Source: Macrostomum lignano | Taxonomy: Eukaryota | DNA: 64,000 bases | Direction of reading: 5' to 3' | Assembly: GCA_002269645.1 (NCBI GenBank) | Contig: NIVC01000384.1 | Coordinates: 124,001 to 188,000 of the forward strand | Shown: positions 38,266 to 52,553 of the stretch, piece after piece | How positions within the stretch are numbered: position 1 is the first letter of the stretch | Layout of the letters: the number at the start of each line of letters is the position of its first letter | Program-made: the position numbers and the translations under genes | Notes under the pieces: generated by a model | The model's input: only the letters and a program-made list of their open reading frames with translations | Database searches by the model: none | Told to the model about the DNA's origin: nothing

Positions 38266-38756
38266 ACGGCTATTAAAAGATGCGAACAGATATTCAGAAA
38301 GATGTCATTAGAAAGCAAAACAAACCGCAGCTCACTTTCCCGCCTAGAAGAGTTTCAGCCCTCAGAGGCCTCATCGGCCAATAAACTTGATTTTTCCACT
38401 TCAAGGCCTCTCTCTCTCGCCTCTTGGATTTCTGCTTCTAAGAAAACTCTGTGGCGGTTGACCGAGCCGCACACTGCGGGGCCGGATGAATTAATTTCCC
38501 TTCCGAATTTATATTTCAATATATCGAGAGTTCGGCTGGCCCCAGCCCTCACACCATTCCCAGCGCCACCGTCAGGACCGAGGTGCAGGCTGGCCAGTAT
38601 CAATCATTGAGCAAATTTGCACCCAAGCAGCTCAGGCGTGAGGGCTGGGGTGGCGCCGGTCAGGCCGTCTTCCCTCTTCCATTTTTCTTTATTTTTTCAT
38701 CAATTTCTGAAGCTAAAATTCGGCCCATCATCTGTATGCAGATTAAAAAACAGTAC

Positions 38757-38930
38757 AGACTGGCCCAGCAGCTGGGGATCTGTGAGGCTGGCCCAGCAAC
38801 TGAGGATCTGGGAGGCTGGCCCAGCAACTGAGGATCTGGGAGGCTGGCCCAGCAACTGGGGATCTGGGAGGCTGGCCTAGCAACTGAGGATCTGGGAGGC
38901 TGGCCCAGCAACTGGGGATCTGGGAGGCCA
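38757..38930 (+). repeat. 28 bp minisatellite (~6 copies) upstream of exon 5
   Basis: Unit TGGCCCAGCAACTG(A/G)GGATCTGGGAGGC. Confidence 0.92.
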
Positions 38931-38991
38931 GCGGCATACAGAAACCAAGCACAAAAATCCTATTACACACCGAACTCCTGCCTTAACCCAG

Positions 38992-39213
38992 TGAACGGAG
39001 GCTGGTCTTCCTGGTCCGCATGGAGTGGCTGCGACCCCGGCTGCCAGATGGACACAACGGCGCCATCCTCCGAAGCCGTCAGCTGCCCGGAGATCTGCTT
39101 CAGCCAGCGCCGCTCAAGGCTGAGGTACTGCGACAGTCCGGAGCCAAAGCTGGGCGGCAAGCCCTGCGAGGGAGAGCGGAGTCAAGCAGAGGACTGCAGC
39201 AGCAGGTGCACCG
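38992..39213 (+). CDS. unc-5: unc-5 exon 5, thrombospondin type-1 repeat 1
   Basis: VNGGWSSWSAWSGC...RSRLRYCDSPEPKLGGKPCEG. cccag| acceptor, G|GTGAGT donor. 222 nt, phase 1-1. Confidence 0.95.
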
Positions 39214-39220
39214 GTGAGTC

Positions 39221-39899
39221 GGAGGGATGCAGGGTGAGAGATGAAGGGACATCTAGATGCAGTTTTGGAGATGCAGGGACAGATAGATGCAGGGTGGGAG
39301 GTGAAGGGACAGCTCGATGCAGAGTGGGAGGGGAAGGGACAGCTAGATGCAGAGTGGGAGATGAAGGGACAGCTAGATGCAGGGTCGGAGATGAAGGGAC
39401 ATATAGATGCAGGGTGGGAGATGAAGGGACAGCTAGATGCAGGGTGGGAGGTAAAGGGACAGCTCGATGCAGGGTGGGAGATGCAGGGACAGATAGATGC
39501 AGGGTGGGAGGTGAAGGGACAGCTAGATGCAGGGTCGGAGATGAAGGGACAGATAGATGCAGAGTGGGAGATGAAGGGACAACTAGATGCAGAGTGGGAG
39601 ATGAAGGGACAACTAGATGCAGAGTGGGAGATGAAGGGACAGATAGATGCAGAGTGGGAGATGAAGGGACAACTAGATGCAGAGTGGGAGATGAAGGGAC
39701 AACTAGATGCAGAGTGGGAGATGAAGGGACAACTAGATACAGAGTGGGAGATGAAGGGACAGCTAGATGCAGGGTCGGAGATGAAGGGACAGCTAGATGC
39801 AGAGTGGGAGATGAAGGGACAACTAGATGCAGAGTGGGAGATGAAGGGACAACTAGATGCAGAGTGGGAGATGAAGGGACAGCTAGATGCAGGGTGGGA
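39221..39899 (+). repeat. 30 bp minisatellite (GAGATGAAGGGA family, +)
   Basis: Unit GATGCAG(A/G)GT(G/C)GGAGATGAAGGGACAGCTA. Confidence 0.96.
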
Positions 39900-40589
39900 A
39901 TGTATCCTGGATGATCAGGCAAGGATAAAACCTTGACTCGCGCGATGCCCCCTGCAGAGTAAAACTGTAAATAAAAAAATCAATCAATTGGAAAGAGCAG
40001 ACTTTCTGCAGTGGATAAGCGGGCCTCAAATTTATTGATTGAGTTCAATAAAGAAACAAAGATAGAATTAAGCAAAAAGTCTATTCTGACTGTAAGCTAC
40101 TCGCTACACAAATGAATTTGCATCTCTCAGGGGGGGGGGCACTCAAGAAAGCATTGGCTAGTTAAAAATGCAAATCAAATGGATTTAATTCTGTTCCGGA
40201 GATACTCGAGTGGCTGTGAATTTGTTTGAGTGCTTGGCGGAGCGCAGGATGCTGGCTTTGAGGGGCTCAATAGGTATCTTTGACTCAAAGAAGTCGGTCC
40301 CGGCCTCTCTGTGCACGTTGACAATTGCTGCACTTTTTCACTCATTCACCGCCCAGCCGAGGACAGAATCTCTTCTTCTGCTGCTAAATGCAGTTTCTGC
40401 TAGAAGCAGAAAAATACTCTTTTATTGAAGCGTAAACAGTTTGAAGTAGCGTGCGCGATTTTTCTGCTGCTTTCAATACGAGAGAAATTTGTCTGTTTAT
40501 CAACCCGGGGAGACCCCCCCCCCCTCCTTGAGGCTGTCAGCCTTTCCTCTTGCTCTCAAGGGAGATTCAGTGAGAGAGATTTGAAGAGG

Positions 40590-40860
40590 GTTCATGCACT
40601 GGAGATGTAGGAGATGCAGGAAGAGAAGATGAAGGGAGCGAGATGCAGGGAGGGAAGATGCAGTGAGGGGAGATGAAAGGAGGGGAGACGCAGGGAGGGG
40701 AGATGCAGGGAGGAGAGATGCAGGGAGGAGAGATGCAGGGAGGGGAGATGCAGGGAGGGGAGATGAAGGGAGGGGAGATGTAGGGAGGGAGATTCAAGAA
40801 GGAAAGATGTAGGGAGGGAGTTGAAGGGAGCGAGATACAGGTAGCCACACGAAGGGAGGA
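40590..40860 (+). repeat. 15 bp degenerate array (GAGATGCAGGGA family, +)
   Basis: GAGATG(C/A)AGGGAGGG units. Confidence 0.85.
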
Positions 40861-41000
40861 GAAGGATGCAGGGAGAGACCTACATGGAGGAGATTATTGC
40901 GGTAGTGAGATCTATCAGATGCAGAGCGAGATGCAAGTAGCAAGGCAACAAGCGCAGCGAATTCTCACACTCTCACGCTCCCCACCCCCCTGCTCTGCAG

Positions 41001-41219
41001 TGCACGGTCGCTGGGGCGAGTGGAGCAGCTGGGGCATCTGCAACGCCGACTGCGTGTCGGTGCGCCAGCGCCTGTGCAACAATCCGCCTCCGAGGAACGG
41101 CGGGCGGCCCTGCAGCGGAGGCTCTGACGAAGGCGTCGAAGGCTCGTCCACATGGTCTGCCGAGCTGGCTGGCGGGAGCAAGCAGCAAAGAAATTGTACT
41201 GGAGGCGATTTGTGCAAAA
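41001..41219 (+). CDS. unc-5: unc-5 exon 6, thrombospondin type-1 repeat 2
   Basis: VHGRWGEWSSWGICNADC..RQRLCNNPPPRNGGRPC..RNCTGGDLC. ctctgcag| acceptor, A|GTGAGA donor. 219 nt, phase 1-1. Confidence 0.95.
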
Positions 41220-41244
41220 GTGAGATCCTCTCTAGTACTCTTGA

Positions 41245-42205
41245 AGAGTGCCATTTTTGATAGCTGAAGTGCCATTTTTGATAGTTGAAGTGCCATTTTT
41301 GATAGTTGAAGTGCCATTTTTGATAGTTGAAGTGCCATTTTTGATAGCTGAAGTGCCATTTTTGATAGTTAAAGTACCATTTTTGATAGTTGAAGTGCCA
41401 TTTTGGATAATCGAAGTGCCATTTTTGATGGTTCAAGTGCCATTTTTGATAGTTGAAGTGCCATTTTTGATAGCTGAAGTGCCATTTTTGATAGTTGAAG
41501 TGCCATTTTTGATAGCTGAAGTGCCATTTTTGATAGCTGAAGTGCCATTTTTGATAGTTGAAGTGCCATTTTTGATAGCTGAAGTGCCATTTTTGATAGC
41601 TGAAGTGCCATTTTTGATAGTTGAAGTGCCATTTTTGATAGTTGAAGTGCCATTTTTGATAGTTGAAGTGCCATTTTTGATAGTTGAAGTGCCATTTTTG
41701 ATAGTTGAAGTGCCATTTTTGATAGCTGAAGTGCCATTTTTGATAGTTAAAGTACCATTTTTGATAGTTGAAGTGCCATTTTGGATAATCGAAGTGCCAT
41801 TTTTGATGGTTCAAGTGCCATTTTTGATAGCCGAAGTGCCATTTTTGATGGTTCAAGTGCCATTTTTGATAGTTGAAGTGCCATTTTTGATAGCTGAAGT
41901 GCCATTTTTGATAGTTGAAGTGCCATTTTTGATAGCTGAAGTGCCATTTTTGATAGTTAAAGTGCCAATTTGGATAGTTAAAGTGAGATTTTTGATGGTT
42001 CAAGTGCCATTTTTGATAGCCGAAGTGCCATTTTTGATGGTTCAAGTGCCATTTTTGATAGCCGAAGTGCCATTTTTGATGGTTCAAGTGCCAATTTTGA
42101 TAGTTGAAGTGCCATTTTTGATAGCTGAAGTGCCATTTTTGATAGTTAAAGTGCCATTTTGGATAGTTGAAGTGAGATTTTTGATGGTTCAAGTGCCAGT
42201 TTTTA
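41245..42205 (+). repeat. 21 bp minisatellite at start of intron 6
   Basis: Unit TTTTTGATAG(T/C)TGAAGTGCCA. Confidence 0.97.
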
Positions 42206-42714
42206 AAAGTCAAAGGGCCATTTACAATGTAATTTAAAGTTGGTATAGCAAGAATGCAAGCCTTTAGGAAAATATGAAACAGCCCACTAGGAGAAATCTG
42301 AAGGCCCTGGTGATTGGCTTCGGGAATCTAAGACTCTTTTTTTGGGGAGGCCCAAGAAATTAGTTTGAATTGTTAAAGACGTTCCCATGCTGCCCAGTCT
42401 GAGGACACCGAGTGGGGGGTGATGCGGTTCTGTGGGATTCTGAGCAGTGGGTAAAACTCCAGTGCAAATTTTGCGATTTGTGAAGACGGCTGGCTGACCC
42501 AGCGGGGGGCCTCCGGGGAAATTTCGGCTGCGGGAGAACTGGATTCGGGGTGGCGGCTGATCGCGAAGGAGCCAAAAGAGGGGATTGAAAACTTGGAAAT
42601 TTCCCATGCAGAGGATGGGATACTGAGCGGCCCTGAGAAGGAGGGGGTCGGTTATGCTTTTTGAGGAGCCGCGAATCCAGCTCACGATTTGTACAAAACT
42701 TTGTACAGAATGCG

Positions 42715-43410
42715 AGGGATATGAGGAGGAGACGAAATGAGAGAGGTAGAGAGGGGAGAAGGGAAGAGAGGGGAGAGGGAGAGGGGGGAAAGGAAGAGAG
42801 GGTAGAGAAAGGAAGTAGAGAAAGTAGAGAGGTAGAGGGGTAGAGAGGGAGGGGGAGAGAGGTAGAGAGGGAGAGGAGGGAGAGAGGTAGAGAGGGAGAG
42901 GGGGAGAGAGGTAGAGAGGTAGAGAGGTAGAGAGGGAGAGAGGGAGAGGGGGAGAGAGGTAGAGAGGGAGAGGAGGAGAGAGGTAGAGAGGGAGAGGGGG
43001 AGAGAGGTAAAGAGGGAGAGGGGGAGAGAGGTAGAGAGGGAGAGGGGGAGAGAGGTAGAGAGGGAGAGGGGGAGAGAGGTAGAGAGGGAGAGGGGAAGAG
43101 AGGTAAAGAGGGAGAGGGGGAGAGAGGTAAAGAGGGAGAAGGGGAGAGAGGTAGAGAGGGAGAGGGGGAGAGAGGTAGAGAGGGAGAGGGGGAGAGAGGT
43201 AGAGAGGGAGAGGGGGAGAGAGGTAGAGAGGGAGAGGGGGAGAGAGGGAGAGGGCGAGAGGGAGAGGGGGAGAGAGGTAGAGAGGGAGAGGGGAAGAGAA
43301 GCTGAGAGAGGTGGAGAGGGAGAAACGGAGAGAGAGGGGGAGATATGAGAGAAGAGGGAGAAGTGACAAATGAGAGGTAGAGAGGGAAGAAGGGAGACGA
43401 AGACTGGAAA
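42715..43410 (+). repeat. Purine-rich array
   Basis: GAGAGGTAGAGAGGGAGAGGGGGA units. Confidence 0.93.
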
Positions 43411-44167
43411 CTAAGACAGAGCATTTCTATGCAGAATCAGCTCACGAAGGCGAAGACGCAAATCCAAGGTCGTTGGAGCCGGCGCCCCTCGTAGCAGTCT
43501 CAGGCGCTCACAGCGGGTCGCAATAAAATCGGCACCCGCTGAAACTTATTGAGTTTGAGGCTACGGAGGTCAGACAGATGGAGCGGATGGAGGCTGGATA
43601 TCATGGGGAGAGGGGGAGAGAGAAGCATTCCAGGTGTACTGACTAAATATGAATTCACACAGGTTTCTAGAAGTGCATAATAGTAACAAGAAACCTACCC
43701 CCAGCCTAAAACCCTAAACTACCCCGTGTGAGCCGCATCATGAGTCACCCTGAATGCGTTCTAAGCTGTAGCCCTAGAGCCCCTCTATTGCTGCCTGGGA
43801 ATGGGAGGCGCAGATGGGGAGATGACAGATTTGAGCAGATAGATGGAATGAATTTTTTCTCATTTTTTTGTGCTACAAAACAGTCAATAAAATGCTGCAA
43901 AAAAATATTGATGGACAAAATGAAACTTATAGCATTCTGCTTACAATGGGGATTTGGGCCCTGCGTTTGGCTCGGGTTTTTTGCAATCCAAACCGAATCA
44001 CTTTGTTTTGTTTTCACTTCCCATCATTTCAGAGGACAGCTCAGCAATCCCGATGTATATTAATGAGAATGGGAAGGCAGGTGAGGTCACACGATGACTT
44101 GAGTTTTGGCTTTTGTTTTTTGAGTCTGTTGGAATTTCAGTGCATTTTCTGTTCATTGCATTTCCAC

Positions 44168-47100
44168 TTCTATCCCGTATTCTATCCTTATCTTCTAACC
44201 CGTATTCTATCCTTATCTTCTATCCCGTATTCTATCCTTATCTTCTATCCCGTATTCTATCCTTATCTTCTATCCCGTATTCTATCCTTATCTTCTATCC
44301 CGTATTCTATCCTTATCTTCTATCCCGTATTCTATCCTTATCTTCTATCCCGTATTCTATCCTTATCTTCTATCCCGTATTCTATCCTTATCTTCTGTCC
44401 CGTATTCTATCCTTATCTTCTATCCCGTATTCTATCCTTATCTTCTATCCCGTATTCTATCCTTAGCTTCTATCCCGTATTCTATCCTTATTTTCTATCC
44501 CTTATTCGATCCTTATTTTCTATCCCGTATTCTATCCTTATTTTCTATCCCTTATTCGATCCTTATTTTCTATCCCGTATTCTATCCTTATCTTCTATAG
44601 CGTATTCTATCCTTATCTTCTATAGCGTATTCTATCCTTATCTTCTATCCCGTATTCTATCCTTATCTTCTATCCTGTATTCTATCCTTATCTTCTATCC
44701 CGTATTCTATCCTTATCTTCTATCCCGTATTCTATCCTTATCTTCTGTCCCGTATTCTATCCTTATCTTCTATCCCGTATTCTATCCTTATCTTCTATCC
44801 CGTATTCTATCCTTATCTTCTATCCCGTATTCTATCCTTATCTTCTATCCCGTATTCTATCCTTATCTTCTGTCCCGTATTCTATCCTTATCTTCTATCC
44901 CGTATTCTATCCTTATCTTCTATCCCGTATTCTATCCTTAGCTTCTATCCCGTATTCTATCCTTATTTTCTATCCCTTATTCGATCCTTATTTTCTATCC
45001 CGTATTCTATCCTTATTTTCTATCCCTTATTCGATCCTTATTTTCTATCCCGTATTCTATCCTTATCTTCTATAGCGTATTCTATCCTTATCTTCTATAG
45101 CGTATTCTATCCTTATCTTCTATCCCGTATTCTATCCTTATCTTCTATCCTGTATTCTATCCTTATCTTCTATCCCGTATTCTATCCTTATCTTCTATCC
45201 CGTATTCTATCCTTATCTTCTGTCCCGTATTCTATCCTTATCTTCTATCCCGTATTCTATCCTTATCTTCTATCCCGTATTCTATCCTTATCTTCTATTC
45301 CGTATTCTATCCTTATCTTCTATTCCGTATTCTATCCTTATCTTCTATTCCGTATTCTATCCTTATCTTCTATAGCGTATTCTATCCTTATCTTCTATTC
45401 CGTATTCTATCCTTATCTTCTATCCCGTATTCTATCCTTATCTTCTATTCCGTATTCTATCCTTATCTTCTATCCCGTATTCTATCCTTATCTTCTATCC
45501 CGTTTTCTATCCTTATCTTCTATCCCGTATTCTATCCTTATCTTCTATCCCGTATTCTATCCTTATCTTCTATTCCGTATTCTATCCTTATCTTCTATCC
45601 CGTATTCTATCCTTATCTTCTATCCCGTATTCTATCCTTATCTTCTATCCCGTATTCTATCCTTATCTTCTATCCCGTATTCTATCCTTATCTTCTATCC
45701 CGTATTCTATCCTTATCTTCTATCCCGTATTCTATCCTTATCTTCTGTCCCGTATTCTATCCTTATCTTCTATCCCGTATTCTATCCTTATCTTCTATCC
45801 CGTATTCTATCCTTAGCTTCTATCCCGTATTCTATCCTTATTTTCTATCCCTTATTCGATCCTTATTTTCTATCCCGTATTCTATCCTTATTTTCTATCC
45901 CTTATTCGATCCTTATTTTCTATCCCGTATTCTATCCTTATCTTCTATAGCGTATTCTATCCTTATCTTCTATAGCGTATTCTATCCTTATCTTCTATCC
46001 CGTATTCTATCCTTATCTTCTATCCTGTATTCTATCCTTATCTTCTATCCCGTATTCTATCCTTATCTTCTATCCGTATTCTATCCTTATCTTCTGTCCC
46101 GTATTCTATCCTTATCTTCTATCCCGTATTCTATCCTTATCTTCTATCCCGTATTCTATCCTTATCTTCTATTCCGTATTCTATCCTTATCTTCTATTCC
46201 GTATTCTATCCTTATCTTCTATTCCGTATTCTATCCTTATCTTCTATAGCGTATTCTATCCTTATCTTCTATTCCGTATTCTATCCTTATCTTCTATCCC
46301 GTATTCTATCCTTATCTTCTATTCCGTATTCTATCCTTATCTTCTATCCCGTATTCTATCCTTATCTTCTATCCCGTTTTTTATCCTTATCTTCTATCCC
46401 GTATTCTATCCTTATCTTCTATCCCGTATTCTATCCTTATCTTCTATTCCGTATTCTATCCTTATCTTCTATTCCGTATTCTATCCTTATCTTCTATTCC
46501 GTATTCTATCCTTATCTTCTATTCCGTATTCTATCCTTATCTTCTATTCCGTATTCTATCCTTATCTTCTATTCCGTATTCTATCCTTATCTTCTATTCC
46601 GTATTCTATCCTTATCTTCTATCCCGTATTCTATCCTTATCTTCTATCCTGTATTCTATCCTTATCTTCTATCCCGTATTCTATCCTTATCTTCTATCCT
46701 GTATTTTATCCTTATCTTCTATCCCGTATTCTATCCTTATCTTCTATCCCGTATTCTATCCTTATCTTCTATCCCGTATTCTATCCTTATCTTCTATCCC
46801 GTATTCTATCCTTATCTTCTATTCCGTATTCTATCCTTATCTTCTATTCCGTATTCTATCCTTATCTTCTATTCCGTATTCTATCCTTATCTTCTATCCC
46901 ATATTCTATCCTTATCTTCTATCCTGTATTCTATCCTTATCTTCTATCCCGTATTCTATCCTTATCTTCTATCCCGTATTCTATCCTTATCTTCTATCCC
47001 GTATTCTATCCTTATCTTCTATCCCGTATTCTATCCTTATCTTCTATCCGTATTCTATCCTTATCTTCTATCCCGTATTCTATCCTTATCTTCTATTCCG

Positions 47101-47512
47101 TATTCTATCCTTATCTTCTATTCCGTATTCTATCCTTATCTTCTATTCCGTATTCTATCCTTATCTTCTATTCCGTATTCTATCCTTATCTTCTATCCCG
47201 TATTCTATCCTTATCTTCTATCCCGTATTCTATCCTTATCTTCTATCCCGTATTCTATCCTTATCTTCTATCCCGTATTCTATCCTTATCTTCTATCCCG
47301 TATTCTATCCTTATCTTCTATCCCGTATTCTATCCTTATCTTCTAACCCGTATTCTATCCTTATCTTCTATCCCGTATTCTATCCTTATCTTCTATCCCG
47401 TATTCTATCCTTATCTTCTATCCCGTATTCTATCCTTATCTTCTATCCCGTATTCTATCCTTATCTTCTATAGCGTATTCTATCCTTATCTTCTATAGCG
47501 TATTCTATCCTC
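44168..47512 (+). repeat. 25 bp minisatellite (~133 copies), largest array in the window
   Basis: Unit CTATCCCGTATTCTATCCTTATCTT. Confidence 0.98.
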
Positions 47513-48039
47513 AAATTATCTCCATTTCCCGCCCTGACTTTCTATAGCCTTCTCAAAGAATATTCATTTCTGAACTGGTAAACCCAGTCAATGCGAGGCT
47601 ACCAGAGGACCAGACAGCCAGTTAAGAAGCCATTACCGAGCTAAACGCCCCAGCTTAAGCCACTGTGAGCGCCAAACAGGGAGATTTCGGGGTCACGGGT
47701 TCAAAAACCGGGGAAGTCGAACTGTTGGGATTTGAGCAACTGCGGCAGCTACAGAAATCCCCATATTACGCTCTGTGCTAAGGGAAAATCCGAAGAGAGA
47801 AGAGAAACAGTAAAAAAATTTGTTGCTAACCAACTCACCAGCAAGAGGATGTCATACTCCAAGGGATTCTTCATCTTAAACGAAAAACTAATTGAACAGA
47901 ACAATCTGTTAAGTCTGCTTAGGGACACTTGGCTGCGTCTGCACTGTGGGCTCGATTAGCTGCTAATCTGTGGGCTTTGCCAGTGTTGTGTGCCGGTTGC
48001 TGGGTCAGCCTGGCTTCGGTTTGGATTTCTGCTTTCAGT

Positions 48040-49250
<1,211 letters not shown>

Positions 49251-49289
49251 CCTGTCCCCACCAGCAGCATTCCCACGCGCTATCCGCAG

Positions 49290-49466
49290 GCAACTCGCAC
49301 AGCATGGTGGCCCTCAGCAACATAGCCATCTATGTCGGCTTATTCGTTGCCGTGACAGTCATCCTCACAGTACTGGTGGTTATTGTGTTTCTGGTCCGCA
49401 AAAAGTCCGTCGCCCTGGGTCGCAGCTCCAGCCGCAGGCGAATCCGGTACAATGTGCAGATGAATG
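49290..49466 (+). CDS. unc-5: unc-5 exon 7, transmembrane segment (5' boundary ambiguous)
   Basis: [29 protein letters not shown]: UNC5-type xxYVGL helix with basic stop-transfer. Donor G|GTGAGT 49467. In-frame acceptors at 49227, 49239, 49251 or 49290. Confidence 0.88.
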
Positions 49467-49857
49467 GTGAGTTCTTTGAATTATTTATTTTTTTACAAAA
49501 AAGTTACTAAAGTAGCTACATATTATGTTATTAGATTTAAGTAAAAATATCTTATTACGCATGAATTTGCTGCGATATGAGTTGCTTCTTTCTTTATTAG
49601 AGGCTTGGGGCTGTGTGCACTTTAAGCGAGAGGCATTGCTGCCCATTCCGCCGACTCCCCTGAGCAGGCACACAAGCGCGCGGATACGTACGCAGTCATA
49701 CGCACAGGCACACACTCACACAGGAGTGCACAGCGGCCCCTAACTTTATTTATCGTTAGGCATGTACACTTCACTGTGCCTTGGGGGTTGGCCCTTAAGG
49801 GCGCTAATTACACGAGCAGAGCCAAGCCGAGATTCCAGTTCAGCCCCAAATTAATGT

Positions 49858-49921
49858 GACTGCACTTGGAATCGAGCCTGGGGCGCTGGCACATCAGAGC
49901 GCACCGCTGGGCTGCGGCCCC
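49858..49921 (-). mobile_element. Possible degenerate tRNA-derived SINE head
   Basis: - strand GGGGCCG-CAGCCCAGCGG (A-box-like) and GGCTCGATTCC (B-box-like). Spacing is shorter than in a tRNA. Confidence 0.3.
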
Positions 49922-50329
49922 TGTCTGCTGCAATATCTGGTTGCCTTCCTGTCTTTATCGGTCTTAATTAATCAGTCGCATCAGGTTAGTCAGTGCTTGC
50001 GAACTTTCGATAATTTACAGGCAACAGCTCCACAGCCAGCTCCAGTGATAAGGAGGCCATAAAACTTACTCACGGTAATTTTCAAACTGTACTCGTAAAT
50101 ATTCGTTCATAATTTTGTGTTGAAGCATTGGTTGATTGAATTAATTGTTAACAATATTGTCTGATTGGTTTGACTTTACTAATACCGAATTTCATAACAC
50201 CCTGTAGAAATTGTAATTCCATCACTTATTTGTTTAATTCTGTTCCATTTTTTTGCTCAAATATTTTGGCATGGTATTTTTTTAAGAAAGTAAAACATTT
50301 TGACGTTGTAGGACAGACTGTAGGACAGG

Positions 50330-50960
50330 TGGACACCATGAGACAGAAACTATAAGACAGACACTTACATGTAAATAGACACTGTGGGACAGGCACTATT
50401 AGGACAGGCTCATTACAGACAGGCTCCGTTGGACAGGCTCTATAAGACAGGGTCTGCAGGACAGGCTCATTACAGACAGGCTCCGTTGGACAGGCTCTAT
50501 AAGACAGGGTCTGCAGGACAGGCTCTATAAGACAGGGTCTGTAGGACAGGGTCTGTAAGACAGGCTCATTAGAACAGACACTGAAGGACAAGGGGCTGTA
50601 GGACAGGCTCTGTAGGACAGGGTCTGTAAGACAGGGTCTGCAGGACAGGCTCTATAAGACAGTTATGTAGGACAGGTTCTATAGGACAGGCTCTATAGGG
50701 AGGCATTACACGAGCTCATTAGGACAGGATCTGTAGGACAGGCTCATTAGGACAGGCTCTGTAGGACAGGCTCATTAGGACAGGATCTGTAGGACAGGCT
50801 CATTAGGACAGGCTCTGTAGGACAGGCTCATTAGGACAGGCTCTGTAGGACAGGCTCATTAGGACAGGCTCTGTAGGACAGGCTCATTAGGACAGGCTCT
50901 GTGGGACAGGCTCATTAGGACAGGATCTGTAGGACAGGCTCATTAGGACAGGCTCTGACA
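50330..50960 (+). repeat. 14/28 bp minisatellite
   Basis: GGACAGGCTCTGTA / GGACAGGCTCATTA alternation. Confidence 0.9.
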
Positions 50961-51884
50961 CAAAACTGTGTAGTCCATCAACTCCGCTGACTTAATCATC
51001 TCCGTCATCAACTGGCCAGCTGACAGAGCAGACTGAAAATATTAATAAAAATATTAAAACATCACTACTTTTTCCCCGGACAGCAAGAGAGGGGGAGCCG
51101 TTGATGAGCACGATAACTCACGGGAGGAATTGAGGGGAGAGCTATAGGCTATAGGGGGTTTGGGGGATATTTTTAATTTTCAACGCGCATGCAACCCTAA
51201 GAGCTGCGATGATCTCACATGGGCGGACAGGCCTGCGCTAATCAATATACTCTAGCTATCCTGCCTGCATCTCCTCCTTCATCACTACACACAGCCTCCC
51301 GAGTTCGAGGGGGGGGGTTGGGTGAGGGTGGCAGCGGCGCGGCGAACAACTGAGCAATTCACGATTCCTGGGGTTGCTGCTGGCTCTCTTTTTATTCCTT
51401 GGAAATATTCTCATCCTACTAGTTATCTTCCCCGATATTTTATCCTCCCAAACTCTCCCTGCTCCCATGAGCTCTGACATGACCCGAGTCAGCCACCATC
51501 GTCTCAACTCTATTCTCTCTCACCCACCCCACACAGACACAAAATTTCGTTCACAGACTGCCAATTAGAATCTGAGTCAGCGGCTGCCGAACCAGGCCAG
51601 CCCCACCTCTCACTGAGCCAGACTGAATGCTGAGCACATAGGGCAGATCTGCAGACAGCGTGTGTCAATACACACTTTGAAAGCTTTATATAAGACAGAT
51701 ACTGTTTGAGGGCCCCGCTGCTTCAGGCAGTTGCTCGATTCAAGTCCGAATACAGAAATTGTCAATCTGCTTTTAGCTGGGCTTGCGGATTTTCATTTTT
51801 CATCTCCTACTCAAGTGGATTATGACTCACTCAGAATTCGCACTGGGTAACCTCGGAGAGTAATGTTTTATCCACTCATAAGTC

Positions 51885-52553
<669 letters not shown>

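Noticed and set aside
37655-38603. Two - strand ORFs (91 aa and 82 aa) in intron 4
   Set aside because: Non-ATG starts, no recognisable domain and no consistent exon chain.
40919-41000. In-frame ATG extension upstream of TSP1-2
   Set aside because: The acceptor before it is phase 0 and does not match exon 5, the Kozak context is weak and there is no signal peptide.
51374-51568. Hydrophobic 64-aa ORF in intron 7
   Set aside because: TTG start and no splice sites. Exons 7 and 8 already join in frame without it.
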